Positions 40,826 to 52,181 are shown, counted from the whole stretch's first letter. The stretch is 61,375 nucleotides of DNA, filler included, from Bacteriovoracaceae bacterium (GCA_018649885.1; 3 parts of 3 records of this genome joined end to end with filler, not necessarily neighbours in it), one strand, 5' to 3'. Notes: generated by a model from the letters alone, not told the origin. Translations and numbers: made by a program.

Positions 40826-40965
40826 GAATGCTGCTAACTTAAGAACCATCATCTAGGCTACCTTGCCCTTTGAAAGGCCCTGGTGGCCACTTCTTCGAGA
40901 ATATCCCCATTCTTGTTTTTTTGCATTTTTCCGGTCCGTTGTTAGTAAACAATATCGACTGTTTC
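40826..40965 (-). mobile_element. IS4-family element end, second identical copy
   Basis: Identical to 29642-29780. Confidence 0.65.
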
Positions 40966-41065
40966 NNNNNNNNNNNNNNNNNNNNNNNNNNNNNNNNNNN
41001 NNNNNNNNNTTAATTAATTAANNNNNNNNNNNNNNNNNNNNNNNNNNNNNNNNNNNNNNNNNNNN
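40966..41065. other. Artificial contig linker
   Basis: 100-nt N block with TTAATTAATTAA at 41010-41021. Confidence 0.98.
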
Positions 41066-41275
41066 CAGCAATGTTTTTTAGATCATCAAATGACATGTTA
41101 AAATATTGGCAGAAAAATTACGATTGGCCAAATAATATAAATGACATAGGGCCGCACCGGCAAAAAGATAGAAGGGCCCGACAACTTATTGGGCAGTTAC
41201 GAGAGGTAAGTGACTGAAGAGGACCCCGAGCCCCCTGAGAATCAAGTGAGGTATGTTGGAGAGTATTATTTTTAT

Positions 41276-42683
41276 TTATTCAAGAAGGGCAGGATTATCA
41301 TCACCACTGTCATCAATATCAATCCCGTCAATATCATCAACAGAGGATTGATCCACACTGGTAGGTGAGCTATCATCACAAGACTGCTCATCTTCAAATA
41401 ATATATCATTAACCTCATCACTTCTCAGATATTTATCTAAAAAGCTAATTTGAGAACGTAATTGTATATTTGATTTAAGTCTACTTCCGCATAAGCTTTC
41501 CACACCTTCGGTATTAATTAATTGAAATAAATAATCAAAATTATTGGCAGCATAGGCCTCTATACTTTGGTCGCCCCCTCCGATATTTCCAAAAGTTGCC
41601 ATTGTAAAAGCTGTTACTGGCATACTGAGTGCTCTTGCTGCCCAACCACCGAGTAGCTTAGCACCCCCAACAACAACTTTGCCTGCTGTTTGTGCTAGTG
41701 GCCTTGAAGCGGTCCTACTGGCCAGTTGTCCTACCCTGGCTGCACAAGTACTAAGTCTAGGCAGTAGAGCTTTTGATGTTGAGCCCACTATAGATTTAAC
41801 AATACTTTTATTCATAATAGTTTCTAGTACGGTGCTATTTGCAAGAGTAGTTCGCAGAAGCCATTCATAAGATAACTTCGATCCAACGGATATCTCATGG
41901 CCTGCAATTATACGCTTCGCAAAACCAGGAGAATTAAGAGCTTGGGCCTTAAAATTTGCTGCAAAGGATTCTACAATTTTTACAATATCTTTTAATTTAA
42001 ATTTGTAACCAGAACTTGCTAAGGTTGAACGAATTTGGCGAGCAATATGATTCTTTGACTCCTTCACAAACTCAGCAGTTTTTTCAACAACTAATTTGGC
42101 AAAGTCTTCCTCTGAAATTATTTGTCTAAAAATTTTAGGTCTATATATAAGATCTCGTGACATACTGCTTAGACCTTTGCTTTTGGCCAGTTTGATAAGC
42201 GCCTCGTCTACGCTACCAGCTACATGAGTAAAATTTGCGGTCAGTCCCCCAGCAATCCTTTTCATCACTAAATCTTTATGCCGATAAATTACAAGAGCGC
42301 CACCGAATGCACTGGCCGTAGTTGCTAAATTTTGTGAAATTGATGGATTTAAGGCAGCTGTTCCTGCTTTTGACATTTTAGCAATTGCAGATTTACTTAA
42401 GCTTTGTAGTGCATCTCCGTAAACTTTTCTTCTCATCAATGATATATCATCGTATAGCGCTTTTACTCCTGCTAGTGCTGGATAGGCCAAAGAGGTTGAA
42501 AGTTCATCTGGAGAATTTTCTGCGCCTGGAAAAGAAGTTTTTAACCACTGTGCAACTCTTTTTAAACTCCGGCATGAGGCTTCTTCGCCAACATTTAAAA
42601 CCAGCTCCTCATCAACTTCTGTGCTCGCAAAGCTTGTCTCACAAATTAAGAGAATAATGAGTAAATAAGTGATATTTTTCATT
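41276..42683 (-). CDS. Secreted hypothetical protein with Gly/Ala-rich hydrophobic segments and an acidic tail
   Basis: MKNITYLLII...SFA signal peptide; GCCGATAA just upstream; D-rich C-terminus. Confidence 0.7.
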
Positions 42684-42949
42684 ACTAACTTTATCGGCAA
42701 CTTGCTAATAATATACTATTAATTTTGTCTTCGAATTAAAGAAATAAGTTAATACAATAAAATTTCTTTAGCTCTCTTCTTAAGCTCAGCTGCTTCCCGA
42801 AATAAAACCAATACTCCAGTTGTTGGGCCAATAAAAATTATCCATAGCCTTGTAATTACAACTGGTTAGCAATTTAAAATCCCTATACACCCCTTGTAAT
42901 CTTTTCAATTCACCCCTGGCAGAGGCCCCCAGAAGTTAAAATAAATTAT

Positions 42950-45900
42950 ATGAAACAACTTTGTAAATTTCTCAAACTCTCTTTAGTGTGCGCGGTTTTC
43001 ACCGGCTGCTTTAGCCAAAAACCAGATACCATGAGTGTATCCATGCCTATTAGTGAATTTGAGAAGGCCCAAAGGGTTGAATGCCAAAAGCTTCGATTAT
43101 CTGGCCAGGTTCTAAGACATGACAATATTTTAACATTTTTTAAATGTACTGGTGATAAAGATAACTTTTCACACTTGTACAAGGCGATTGAAGATACTGG
43201 TGCAGATACGTGGAACCATTTATTTTCCAAGTTTGATGATTTAATTTTAAGTGATATTGATACAAAAAATAAATATCTTGGCTACTTTCGTGAGCTTGAC
43301 CGTCAAGGCGGTTTGGATGATCTTGCCACCATACTAAACTCTATGCATGAAAAAAACTTTTGGGATGCATTTCTTAAAATTGCTCATGGAGCAGATACCC
43401 ATGCGGCGGACTCCAAGGTTAGTAAAGAGGAGTTATTATTTTTGATAGAGTCTCTTGATAAACCTAAAATGGTGACAAGTGATTTAATAAGAGTCGTGAA
43501 CTCTTTAATGACCGCAGCTAAAAAACCAATGCCAGAGATTGGGCCTGCCATGAGAAGGCTTAGTAAGATTGACCGCTTTCAGGAGGTACGTCTTAAGCTT
43601 ATAAATGAAATGGTCACAAATTTTAAAGAAGATGATTCTCTGGCAGTAGAGAGAATCCTTATTCCCTCTATTTTAAAATCAGTAATAGATGTTGAAAATG
43701 GAAGTCAGCTTCCCTTTATTTTTGCTTGGTTAAATACCAAACAAGGTAGTGAATCAGTTAATGATGACGCTTTTAATTTTGATTATTTTAAAAAATTGAC
43801 AGAATTTCCCATCTTTACTTATCCATTGTGGTCTTTTGAAAAAGAGCATGGAAAATATCAAATCCTTCACGATATAGAAGTTTTTAATAAGTTGATAGGA
43901 ACTGAGGGTGATCCAATAATTTTTGGATGTAGAGGCTCAGCTCTTGAGTTTGATTTTTCACCAAAGTTTTCTCAATTCCTAGGTGTTCTTGCCACAAGTG
44001 AGAAGAGTGTTGTTCGCAATTATCTTGAAGGTCTGCCAGGAGAGCTTGATGCGGTAGATGCAGGATGTAGTATCAAAAATGATCTACTGACTGGAGAGTA
44101 TCAATTTGATCTACAAAATAGCGTGGATAAGCTAAAAACTCTCTTTGATGACGAGCAAACCTTTACAGTCGCCCAATTCTTACAAAATGAAGCAATCAAA
44201 AGTGGTGACGGAAATTACTTTCTTAGGAAGGGAAAGAGTAAAATGACTTCAATGCTTTTGGAGTTTGTGGATCTATCATTTTTTGGGACTCCAAACCTAA
44301 TGGCACCAACTTTCAGTATCATTAGAAATCTTCCGATTGATTTGTTCTTCCCTATGGGAAGGCTGATGGACTATTTCTTAAGTAATCCTGATAATTTAAA
44401 AGAGGTTAGAATATACGGGAAAATCTGGGAAGGCCTTGAACCTGAAATGCAGTTATATCTACTTAATATAATCGACCAGCATTTTGCTGCCGATGTAAAT
44501 TACGAAGCACTTTTCCAGTTTTATCAGTCAGTATTTCAAGAACTTCCTGAAATATTGCCGGCGATAGCGAAGTCTCTTACTGGAGACACTGAAAAAACTG
44601 AGAAGACATACAATTCACTCTATAAAATGGCCTTTTTGCATCAAGGTGAAGAGGTACTATCTGACCTGCGAAGATGGTTCTCCAGAGAAAAGGTCTTGCA
44701 AATTGTAAAACTCCTTAGTGGTCAAGCAGTTCCGCTTAAAGGGTTTGTTGAATTTCAAAGTCCTGAAGGAAGTTATGTGATCCTTCAAAGTGAGCTGTCT
44801 GAGCTTGATTCACAAACTAAGAGCTGTTTTGAGAAGTTTAATAAGTTTACAGACTTTTACCAAAAGGTTGTCAACTTCCCAGCAGAATGTGAGGGCGTTT
44901 ATACAGATGGATTTATCCTCGATTTGTACTACTGGCTTTCACTTTGGGAGAAAAATTACCGTGAATCCTTTCCCGGGAAAAGTGTATTTGATAATAAGGG
45001 ATTATTTTCTCCTGAATCACTTACAGATAATTTGATTTTCTTGAAAAATGTTGATTTGAGTATTGAATTTGTAAATGACCAAGGACTTACAAGAAACGGA
45101 ATAGGTCAGCTTGCCATTGATTTAGGACAATATTTTAATTTACACCCTGAATACAAAGAAGACTTATTTAATTTATTTGATATTTCAATTGAAGCGCTAA
45201 ATTCTTTTACCAACGATAGTAAATACTTTGTCGATGGAGAGAAGGCTTTCTTCACATCCCAAGTAAAGTCTTTGGCAGAATCAAATGCTGAAGTAATTAA
45301 GGGACTGATGGGAGAAGTCGGTACTCTTTTTGTTCACTATGGTGAACAAACTAAACTCATTTGGCAGCCCAAGAAAGAAAAAAGATCTTGTAGTGCTACA
45401 TATATCTACAATTATGGTGAGCACAAGGCGTGTCCAGAACTTGAGACAATTAAAAGAAGAACACATATTATAGCCAATACACTACTTCGAAAATTTAAGG
45501 GTAATCCCAGATTGATAGAATCTTTTCTCAATGCCTTTAATCCTGAGAAAGAGTTCATGATTCCTTATGAAGGGAAGAAGAAAAAGCAAAAGAGCTTTAA
45601 AATGACTATTGAAGAGGTCTTTACATGGGTCTTTGATTTAAGCTCTATAAAAACTGAAATGAAATTTCATCATGAAGATACTAAAAAAGATTTTAAGAGT
45701 GAGGTGACCTATCTTCAAATGATTGAAACAAATATTAGAGAAACTGGGTTTATGAATGGAATCTTTGGTTCTATTTGGGCCAATGCTGTATCTCGTACAA
45801 ATAATTACGACAGAACTCTTAAGGCCAAACAAGTGGAAATGGGCCTTTTGAAATTTGCTACCGGAATACTTAGACATATTAAAAGAAGAAATCCTTCGAA

Positions 45901-47374
45901 AAAGAGAAAATATAGAAAACTAAAAGAAGTTTTTGACGAAGAAGGGCTTAAAGGAATGAGCAAGAAAGAGCGAAAGAAATATCGTGAGCTTCAAAGTGAA
46001 ATTGAGAAATATGAGGCACGAAACCTAGAGTACTGGGTGCCTAAAGAATCTAAATGGATGATGAAAAATGTTGTGGAGACTTATGAAGGTCTCAAAATGA
46101 ATAACCACAAATATCCAGACACTAGAACTTTTAATAGAAGTGAAACAGGAACTAGAAGCCATGGTGATTTTATTATTGCCTATATGAGAGCGCTTGTTGA
46201 GTCGTCATCAGATAGGGCACAAAATATTAGTGGTTACAAGCTTCCTCATGATCCTCTAATTGCTCTTGAGCATAACGGGATGTTTTTAAATGAAACAGTA
46301 AAACTCTATGCAAACTCTAATTTTAATAGATGGCTTGGAGATAGAATCTATAAAAATGAGAAAGGGTTTAATCGTTTTCTTAGTTCTCCAGAATTTAGAA
46401 GAGTAAATGATAAATTATTGAAAAGTTTGAATTGGGATGAAGCTTATGCATTTGTAGCTAGACTTGGTCAAAAATATGGAAGTGCAAAAAATATTGAAGG
46501 CAACCCACACAATAGAAATCTATATACATTAATAGATGATGCTGTGGATGGTATTGCTGATCTTGATTATGATAATCTTCGATTGCTTGAAGAAGTAGTA
46601 GGGAATTCATTAGTTCTCACTACCTACTTAGGGCCAGGTCATTTCGGTAAAAATACATACCTGGGCGATCGATATGCTGGAAATACAACTGATAAGGGAC
46701 TATTAATCTTAGAGCGAATTATTTCCTCATGGGATCTCATATCTCCCCATCTTGATCTCTTATCCTTTGATATACGCGATCTTTTACTTCCGCTGCATAA
46801 GATGACGACTTATCTAAGAGAGCAAGTTTTAACTAGTAATAATGGTCCTAGCAAGGGCGATAATATTGTTTATGTTATCAACGAGATGTTTCTTGTTCTA
46901 GATGATCTATTACTGAAAGAAGTTGCAGGTAGTACAGGGATTGATATCCTTCTTTCGAAATTCGAAAAGGACCCAGTCTATTGGATCTCCACAATGCAAA
47001 GGCTAATAGAAACATTTACAAATCTTGAGAAGTCTGGAAAATTCTCTGACGGGAATATGGACAAAACACTTATTGAAATGGGACGCTCACTAAAAAGTCT
47101 TGCTGTGAGCCCTAGCTTTGATCCTCTCTTTTTTAGAGGCTATCTTCTGTATACTCTCAGTGAAACCATTGATGGTGAGCCTAACCCTCACTATCATGAA
47201 ATTGAAAACCTTATCGAGTTTTTCGCCCAGAAAAATGCTGATTCAAAATCAAGAGTTAGGATAGCACTTGAGGAAATCTTCGAAAGATCTCTGGACCGGG
47301 TTTCACTGTGGCTAGAAGACGTCTTGAAACTTCTTAAGCTTAAAACTGTCTCTGACAGTGGATCTGCAGAGTAA
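42950..47374 (+). CDS. Very large helical hypothetical lipoprotein
   Basis: 1474-aa ORF with VFTGC lipobox; no recognisable catalytic motif. Confidence 0.8.
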   Translation: MKQLCKFLKLSLVCAVFTGCFSQKPDTMSVSMPISEFEKAQRVECQKLRLSGQVLRHDNILTFFKCTGDKDNFSHLYKAIEDTGADTWNHLFSKFDDLILSDIDTKNKYLGYFRELDRQGGLDDLATILNSMHEKNFWDAFLKIAHGADTHAADSKVSKEELLFLIESLDKPKMVTSDLIRVVNSLMTAAKKPMPEIGPAMRRLSKIDRFQEVRLKLINEMVTNFKEDDSLAVERILIPSILKSVIDVENGSQLPFIFAWLNTKQGSESVNDDAFNFDYFKKLTEFPIFTYPLWSFEKEHGKYQILHDIEVFNKLIGTEGDPIIFGCRGSALEFDFSPKFSQFLGVLATSEKSVVRNYLEGLPGELDAVDAGCSIKNDLLTGEYQFDLQNSVDKLKTLFDDEQTFTVAQFLQNEAIKSGDGNYFLRKGKSKMTSMLLEFVDLSFFGTPNLMAPTFSIIRNLPIDLFFPMGRLMDYFLSNPDNLKEVRIYGKIWEGLEPEMQLYLLNIIDQHFAADVNYEALFQFYQSVFQELPEILPAIAKSLTGDTEKTEKTYNSLYKMAFLHQGEEVLSDLRRWFSREKVLQIVKLLSGQAVPLKGFVEFQSPEGSYVILQSELSELDSQTKSCFEKFNKFTDFYQKVVNFPAECEGVYTDGFILDLYYWLSLWEKNYRESFPGKSVFDNKGLFSPESLTDNLIFLKNVDLSIEFVNDQGLTRNGIGQLAIDLGQYFNLHPEYKEDLFNLFDISIEALNSFTNDSKYFVDGEKAFFTSQVKSLAESNAEVIKGLMGEVGTLFVHYGEQTKLIWQPKKEKRSCSATYIYNYGEHKACPELETIKRRTHIIANTLLRKFKGNPRLIESFLNAFNPEKEFMIPYEGKKKKQKSFKMTIEEVFTWVFDLSSIKTEMKFHHEDTKKDFKSEVTYLQMIETNIRETGFMNGIFGSIWANAVSRTNNYDRTLKAKQVEMGLLKFATGILRHIKRRNPSKKRKYRKLKEVFDEEGLKGMSKKERKKYRELQSEIEKYEARNLEYWVPKESKWMMKNVVETYEGLKMNNHKYPDTRTFNRSETGTRSHGDFIIAYMRALVESSSDRAQNISGYKLPHDPLIALEHNGMFLNETVKLYANSNFNRWLGDRIYKNEKGFNRFLSSPEFRRVNDKLLKSLNWDEAYAFVARLGQKYGSAKNIEGNPHNRNLYTLIDDAVDGIADLDYDNLRLLEEVVGNSLVLTTYLGPGHFGKNTYLGDRYAGNTTDKGLLILERIISSWDLISPHLDLLSFDIRDLLLPLHKMTTYLREQVLTSNNGPSKGDNIVYVINEMFLVLDDLLLKEVAGSTGIDILLSKFEKDPVYWISTMQRLIETFTNLEKSGKFSDGNMDKTLIEMGRSLKSLAVSPSFDPLFFRGYLLYTLSETIDGEPNPHYHEIENLIEFFAQKNADSKSRVRIALEEIFERSLDRVSLWLEDVLKLLKLKTVSDSGSAE

Positions 47375-47389
47375 GGCAGACAGCTGGAT

Positions 47390-50032
47390 TTATTCTAGCG
47401 ATAGATAAATGAGCTCATCCTTTGCCTTTTTTCTAATTTTTTTGTTTTGGTGATTTTTTTTGTATCTCTCGAGAGTCGCAATGGCCTCTTTTGTCTTACT
47501 TTTTGCCAGCAGTTCAATAATCAAACTTTGACCTCTAGAGCTTTTGAAATTTACATTTGAGTTAACGAGTTTTAGCTCATCACTGCTTAATTTCCTGGTC
47601 ATCAGGATATTGTGGACAGTGAGCCTCAGCTCTTTATGAAAAGAGGTTAGATATTGAATTAAGGTCGAATTGACCTCAAAATTTGATGTGGTTTTGAGCT
47701 GCTTTGAGGCCTGGATTTTCATAGCGTCACCACCAAGTCTTAAAAATTTGATGAGTGAGCTTAGTTTTTGTTCAATGGGGTACTTTTCAAGTATATCTAT
47801 GACAGGTCCACCAAAATTGGCATTGATTTTATTAATGTGACTTGGAATTCCCATCACAACCTTTTTTGTTAATTCTCTACCTTTTAATGTGTTCGTTGAA
47901 AGTTCTCTGAGTTGTTTATGTGGATACAAAGAGTACCTGATAAGAATTTGATTGGCACGGACAGTGGTATTTGAAGACAGTGCTTTAATGACATTAATTC
48001 GGTGCTGATTTTTTCCTTTATTAAAATATCTGGTAAGAAAGTTTGCAGATGATGTGGTTGGGAATTTTTCGAATAACAAGATGGCCTCTTCTTGTTTTGG
48101 CAGCTTAGTGGATTGAATTTGAGCTATCAGCTCTTTTTCCAGTCCTGCTGGCAAATCCCTTGAAATAAGTGTCACAAGCGTACCTGCACGGTGTGAGGCC
48201 CTAGGCTCAGTTAGAAATTTGAGAAGAGGGATATTGGCCCAATTCTGATTTTGAGTTGAGAGCATATCAATGGCACTTTTTCTGATTTTATAATCCTGGT
48301 TTTTTGAAAGTAGGGTTATTGCCTGCGCTGATTTTTCAGTCCCAATCTTACCAAGCAAACTCAGGTGATAACCTGCATTTTCTGAATAGGCCTTCTTCTT
48401 ATTGAAATGAAGGATTTCTTTTTTTATTAGTGGTAGGTATGAGTTTGATAAATTCCTTTCTTTTAAAATATCTCTAGATCTCTTTTTGATGGTGCTCTTT
48501 TCGTCTGTAGATAATTTGATAAGTCCAAGGTTGCTATAGAAACTGTCAACTTGGTCAAAAGAATCAAGGATGTGGGATTTTCGAAATTGACTTTGTTTTT
48601 TTATATCGGTCTGAAGGTAGTTGGCAATGAGATCAGACTTTAGCTCTGTACTTAGTAGTGTCAAATAAGGCAATGCTGTCTGATCAAATTTTAAATGATT
48701 TAAATTGCTCCAATTTTTAATACCAATGCCGGAGGCCCTACTGAACTCATAACTTTGATCACGCTTAAGAATGTAAATAGAGTTAAGTCCTTTGAGAATT
48801 TCTGTTTGGACCTTTTCAGAAATCTTATCCTGGACAAGAGATTGCACAACTGCCTGCCGCCAGCCTTTTAATCTTGCCGCGTATTTTGAAAGGACCTTCT
48901 TTGCAGGATAGGAAATTTGGGTTGACCTATTTGCTACTAGGGCACTTAGGTGAGAATCAGCTTTTTTCTTAGGATAGAATTCCAAGAGCTTTGTTAAAAG
49001 GTGGGAGTTCTTCTTTGAGATGGTATGTGTAGAATTAGTCACAATTGCGGAGACTAATTCGGTAGAGCTATTTTTTTTATGAACCTTGTTAGTATTAAGA
49101 TTCGCTAGCAGTGGATCTTTGTTCACTAGATGGAAAGTGGCGACAGGTCTGAGCTTTTTACTGACGATTTTGCTAATGGAGTGAGTTTTGTAGAGAAGCT
49201 GGCTTGTTATCACTAGGTTATGGAAATCTAAATTTGTTTTAATTTGAAGGGTATATTTCTCACGACCTTGCAATTTATAATACACATAGTGAGAGCGCTC
49301 ATCTTGGTAGAGCTTAATATTTCGAAGTGCTACCTTCCTTTTCTTTAGGCATGGCTGAACGTAGCTATGGTAAACACCACAAGCAATAATGGCGTAGTAC
49401 ATTCTTTTATTGGCCTTGGTAGGCATTATGATTTGACCGCTTTTAATGGGGAAGTAGGCCAGCTTCTTTTGAAGAATTGGTCTTGACCATAGTGGAAGAA
49501 TTTTAAAAAACTTATCAACTTTTTCTTTTTTTGCTGGATCATTAAGGTTTGGACTATTAATTTGAATTTCAAGGCCTTTAATTTTGGTTATCTGTCGCCC
49601 TATGAGAGTATCGAGTTGAACAAATGATTGGATCGATTTATTTTTATTAGTGATTTGAAAAATACTAAAGTTTTTCAGCGACAGGCCATCATAAGTTGCG
49701 AGTAGGGTATAGCTCTTAGTTTTTGATTTGAAAGGAACAAGAAAGTGACCGCCAAGATGAAAGCTATAAAAACCAAGTTGTGCAGGAAATATAAACGAGA
49801 ATTTTCCTCCAGGGCAAAGAGGAGATTTTGAATTTTTGATCAGTGTGAAACCACATCTTTTTAATTCATCAAAAAGTGGCCGGTCTCTTTTATCAAAGGA
49901 GAGTTTTTGAAACTGATGATCCTCGGTCATGATTTCAAATTTTTCTTCAATTTGGCTGACGGCCTTTTGGCTAGAAAAATTTGCGCATCCTGTGAAGATG
50001 ACGATAATCGAGGCAAATAATCCAATTCGCAT
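47390..50032 (-). CDS. HEAT-repeat lipoprotein
   Basis: IFTGC lipobox; C-terminal HEAT-like repeats (IRKSAIDML, HRINVIKAL, IRKKAKDEL). Confidence 0.7.
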   Translation of the reverse strand: MRIGLFASIIVIFTGCANFSSQKAVSQIEEKFEIMTEDHQFQKLSFDKRDRPLFDELKRCGFTLIKNSKSPLCPGGKFSFIFPAQLGFYSFHLGGHFLVPFKSKTKSYTLLATYDGLSLKNFSIFQITNKNKSIQSFVQLDTLIGRQITKIKGLEIQINSPNLNDPAKKEKVDKFFKILPLWSRPILQKKLAYFPIKSGQIIMPTKANKRMYYAIIACGVYHSYVQPCLKKRKVALRNIKLYQDERSHYVYYKLQGREKYTLQIKTNLDFHNLVITSQLLYKTHSISKIVSKKLRPVATFHLVNKDPLLANLNTNKVHKKNSSTELVSAIVTNSTHTISKKNSHLLTKLLEFYPKKKADSHLSALVANRSTQISYPAKKVLSKYAARLKGWRQAVVQSLVQDKISEKVQTEILKGLNSIYILKRDQSYEFSRASGIGIKNWSNLNHLKFDQTALPYLTLLSTELKSDLIANYLQTDIKKQSQFRKSHILDSFDQVDSFYSNLGLIKLSTDEKSTIKKRSRDILKERNLSNSYLPLIKKEILHFNKKKAYSENAGYHLSLLGKIGTEKSAQAITLLSKNQDYKIRKSAIDMLSTQNQNWANIPLLKFLTEPRASHRAGTLVTLISRDLPAGLEKELIAQIQSTKLPKQEEAILLFEKFPTTSSANFLTRYFNKGKNQHRINVIKALSSNTTVRANQILIRYSLYPHKQLRELSTNTLKGRELTKKVVMGIPSHINKINANFGGPVIDILEKYPIEQKLSSLIKFLRLGGDAMKIQASKQLKTTSNFEVNSTLIQYLTSFHKELRLTVHNILMTRKLSSDELKLVNSNVNFKSSRGQSLIIELLAKSKTKEAIATLERYKKNHQNKKIRKKAKDELIYLSLE

Positions 50033-50131
50033 GAATTTACTCCAGTTGGTGTTTTTCTTATTATTTTAATACGCATCCTCGTTTCCCAAAAGCTCAACAT
50101 GGGCTATCATAGTGAAAATTAGGGAATTTCT

Positions 50132-51181
50132 ATGTTTTTTAGGACATTTTTGATTCTATTGCTCCTCTGCGCCCGAGCGTACGGCTCGGGTAATGTCTCT
50201 GTAGTGGGTGAGTTGCTGATTGAAACGGGAAAAAAATTGGGTGGCGTTGAAGTGGGAGGTCTGTCGGGACTCTTTTATGATCCCAAAGATAAGTCTCTTT
50301 ATGCCATCCAAGACGGTCCAAGTCCGGGTCAAACTCGCCCTCATATTTTTGTTTTTTCGACTTTTTGGGACCGCGCTAAGCTTGAAATTAAATTCAAAAA
50401 AACTATTACTCTAGAAAATTTAGCAGCTCCCCATTTGTGGAGTGATTACGATGATCTCGAAAGCATTGTAAAACTTCCTAGCGGTGATTTTATTCTCAGC
50501 TCTGAGGGGAGCAAGCAAAAATCAACAGCAGCACTACTTCGATTTTCTTCCGTTGGAAAATTTAAAGGCCTTGCCTTTGCTCCCTTTGATTTTTTACCCA
50601 AAGAAAATAGGGGAGTGATGCATAATCGCTCGCTTGAATCTCTCAGTGTTAAACCCATGGGCGAGGTTCTATTTACTGCTAATGAGATGCCGCTGGTGCA
50701 GGAGAAAAGTGGTGGCGCAGTGAGAGTGGTTCAGTTTTTGTGGGAAGAAAAAAAGCAGATGAGTTTTAGGGCCACCTATTTTTACCCGCTCGATGCTATC
50801 CCAGGTAATGGAGTGGTTGATATTACCACCATCTACGATTACAAACTGCTAGTCATGGAGCGTGCTTATGACAGTCAAACCGATAGACCCTCTATACGTA
50901 TCTATCAGACACTTCTCAGAAAATACTTAAAAGATGGCAAACTGAGCTCTGTGCTTGTAGGACAAAAACTTCCCAAAAACTTGATATTAAATCTAGATCA
51001 GCTAAAGCCAAAGCTCAGCAAGCGACTTTCCAATCTCGATAATTTCGAAGGGTTAACTTTGGGACCCAACCCTTCATGGCATCGTGGAGAGAGAGGAAAG
51101 ACCATAATCATGGTGAGCGATAATAATTTTAAGAAAACTCAAATAAACGCTTTCGTTGTTGTTTATATAAAAGACCTATAG
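50132..51181 (+). CDS. Esterase-like activity of phytase family protein
   Basis: GGLSGL, DLESI, SSEG, NRSLESL, LDNFEGL and VSDNNF motifs. Confidence 0.85.
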   Translation: MFFRTFLILLLLCARAYGSGNVSVVGELLIETGKKLGGVEVGGLSGLFYDPKDKSLYAIQDGPSPGQTRPHIFVFSTFWDRAKLEIKFKKTITLENLAAPHLWSDYDDLESIVKLPSGDFILSSEGSKQKSTAALLRFSSVGKFKGLAFAPFDFLPKENRGVMHNRSLESLSVKPMGEVLFTANEMPLVQEKSGGAVRVVQFLWEEKKQMSFRATYFYPLDAIPGNGVVDITTIYDYKLLVMERAYDSQTDRPSIRIYQTLLRKYLKDGKLSSVLVGQKLPKNLILNLDQLKPKLSKRLSNLDNFEGLTLGPNPSWHRGERGKTIIMVSDNNFKKTQINAFVVVYIKDL

Positions 51182-51188
51182 GGGGAGT

Positions 51189-51938
51189 GTGAGTACATTA
51201 ACTCTAGTCGTTTTTTTAGTGGGAAGCCTTCTTACTTCTGTACTCTCAGCAGTGACAGGAATGGGAGGAGGGATTCTTCTACTGTCGCTGATGACTTTTT
51301 TCCTGCCCCTTGGAACTCTTATTCCCCTTCACGCCGTCAATCAGCTATCAAGCAATAGTATTAGATGTTTTCTTCTCAGGAAAAATGTACGCGCCTGGAT
51401 TTATCTTCCTGCCCTGGCAGGATCACTGATAGGAGTTGTTTTTAGCTTTCTTTTTTTAAAGAAGGTCGATGGCAGGCAAATTGCTTATTTAATTATTTCA
51501 CTCTTTATTTTCTATTCACTTTTTAAACCAAAGAAACTTCCCTCAATTACACTGAAGAAGAAGGGCTTTTTTATTTTGGGTTTGGTTTGTGGTTTTCTGG
51601 GGCCACTAGTTGGAGCTGTAGGTCCTATGATTGCTCCTTTTTTCCTTCGATCTGATCTTAAAAAAGAAGAAGTGGTAGCAAATAAATCTTGTATTCAACT
51701 GACTATTCATTTTTTAAAAATTCCCACCTACTACTCACTGGGCTTTCCCTTTGGGGAGTATAAGTTTGAAATGCTGGCCTTGGCAGTATTTGCTTTTCTG
51801 GGTACAAAGTTAGGTGTGAAAATCTTGAAACACATCCCCTCTCACATTTTTGGTATTCTTTTTAGGGTTGCGCTTTTTGCTGCAGGAAGTAGACTTTTGT
51901 ATAAGTCAGCTTTATCTCTGGGAATATTTGGGCCATAA
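51189..51938 (+). CDS. TauE/SafE sulfite exporter family membrane protein
   Basis: GMGGGILL and GAVGP motifs; about eight TM helices. Confidence 0.85.
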   Translation: MSTLTLVVFLVGSLLTSVLSAVTGMGGGILLLSLMTFFLPLGTLIPLHAVNQLSSNSIRCFLLRKNVRAWIYLPALAGSLIGVVFSFLFLKKVDGRQIAYLIISLFIFYSLFKPKKLPSITLKKKGFFILGLVCGFLGPLVGAVGPMIAPFFLRSDLKKEEVVANKSCIQLTIHFLKIPTYYSLGFPFGEYKFEMLALAVFAFLGTKLGVKILKHIPSHIFGILFRVALFAAGSRLLYKSALSLGIFGP

Positions 51939-51959
51939 TAATTTTTTTTTGGAGGACGG

Positions 51960-52160
51960 ATGAATTTAGAACAGGCGATTAATTTTTTGAAACAATCTGT
52001 TAAGTTTTGTGCTTTAGACGATATTAAACATCTCGATCCCGATTTGATCGGTGCTGAAAAAAGAGCTGAGTTCACCAAGGCCTTGATAATTACTAGAATT
52101 GCCGTTGATAGCGGGGAGATCAGTGACTCTGATCTCAAGTCAAAGCTTGGGTTGTCCTAA
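51960..52160 (+). CDS. Small conserved hypothetical protein
   Basis: GGAGG RBS, 66 aa, followed by a hairpin. Confidence 0.7.
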   Translation: MNLEQAINFLKQSVKFCALDDIKHLDPDLIGAEKRAEFTKALIITRIAVDSGEISDSDLKSKLGLS

Positions 52161-52181
52161 ATTTATTATGTAAGTTATTCT

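Noticed and set aside
29641..40965. Identical IS ends apparently flanking 29881-40825 as a composite transposon
   Set aside because: The copies end different contigs; contig order is arbitrary
41066..41230. Open frame ending AMFFRSS...LREVSD* followed by AGAGGACCCC, a possible mobile element end
   Set aside because: Contig-start fragment too short to assign
45880..45990. NLS-like basic stretch in the 1474-aa protein
   Set aside because: Lys/Arg runs are common in AT-rich genomes; no evidence of a eukaryotic target
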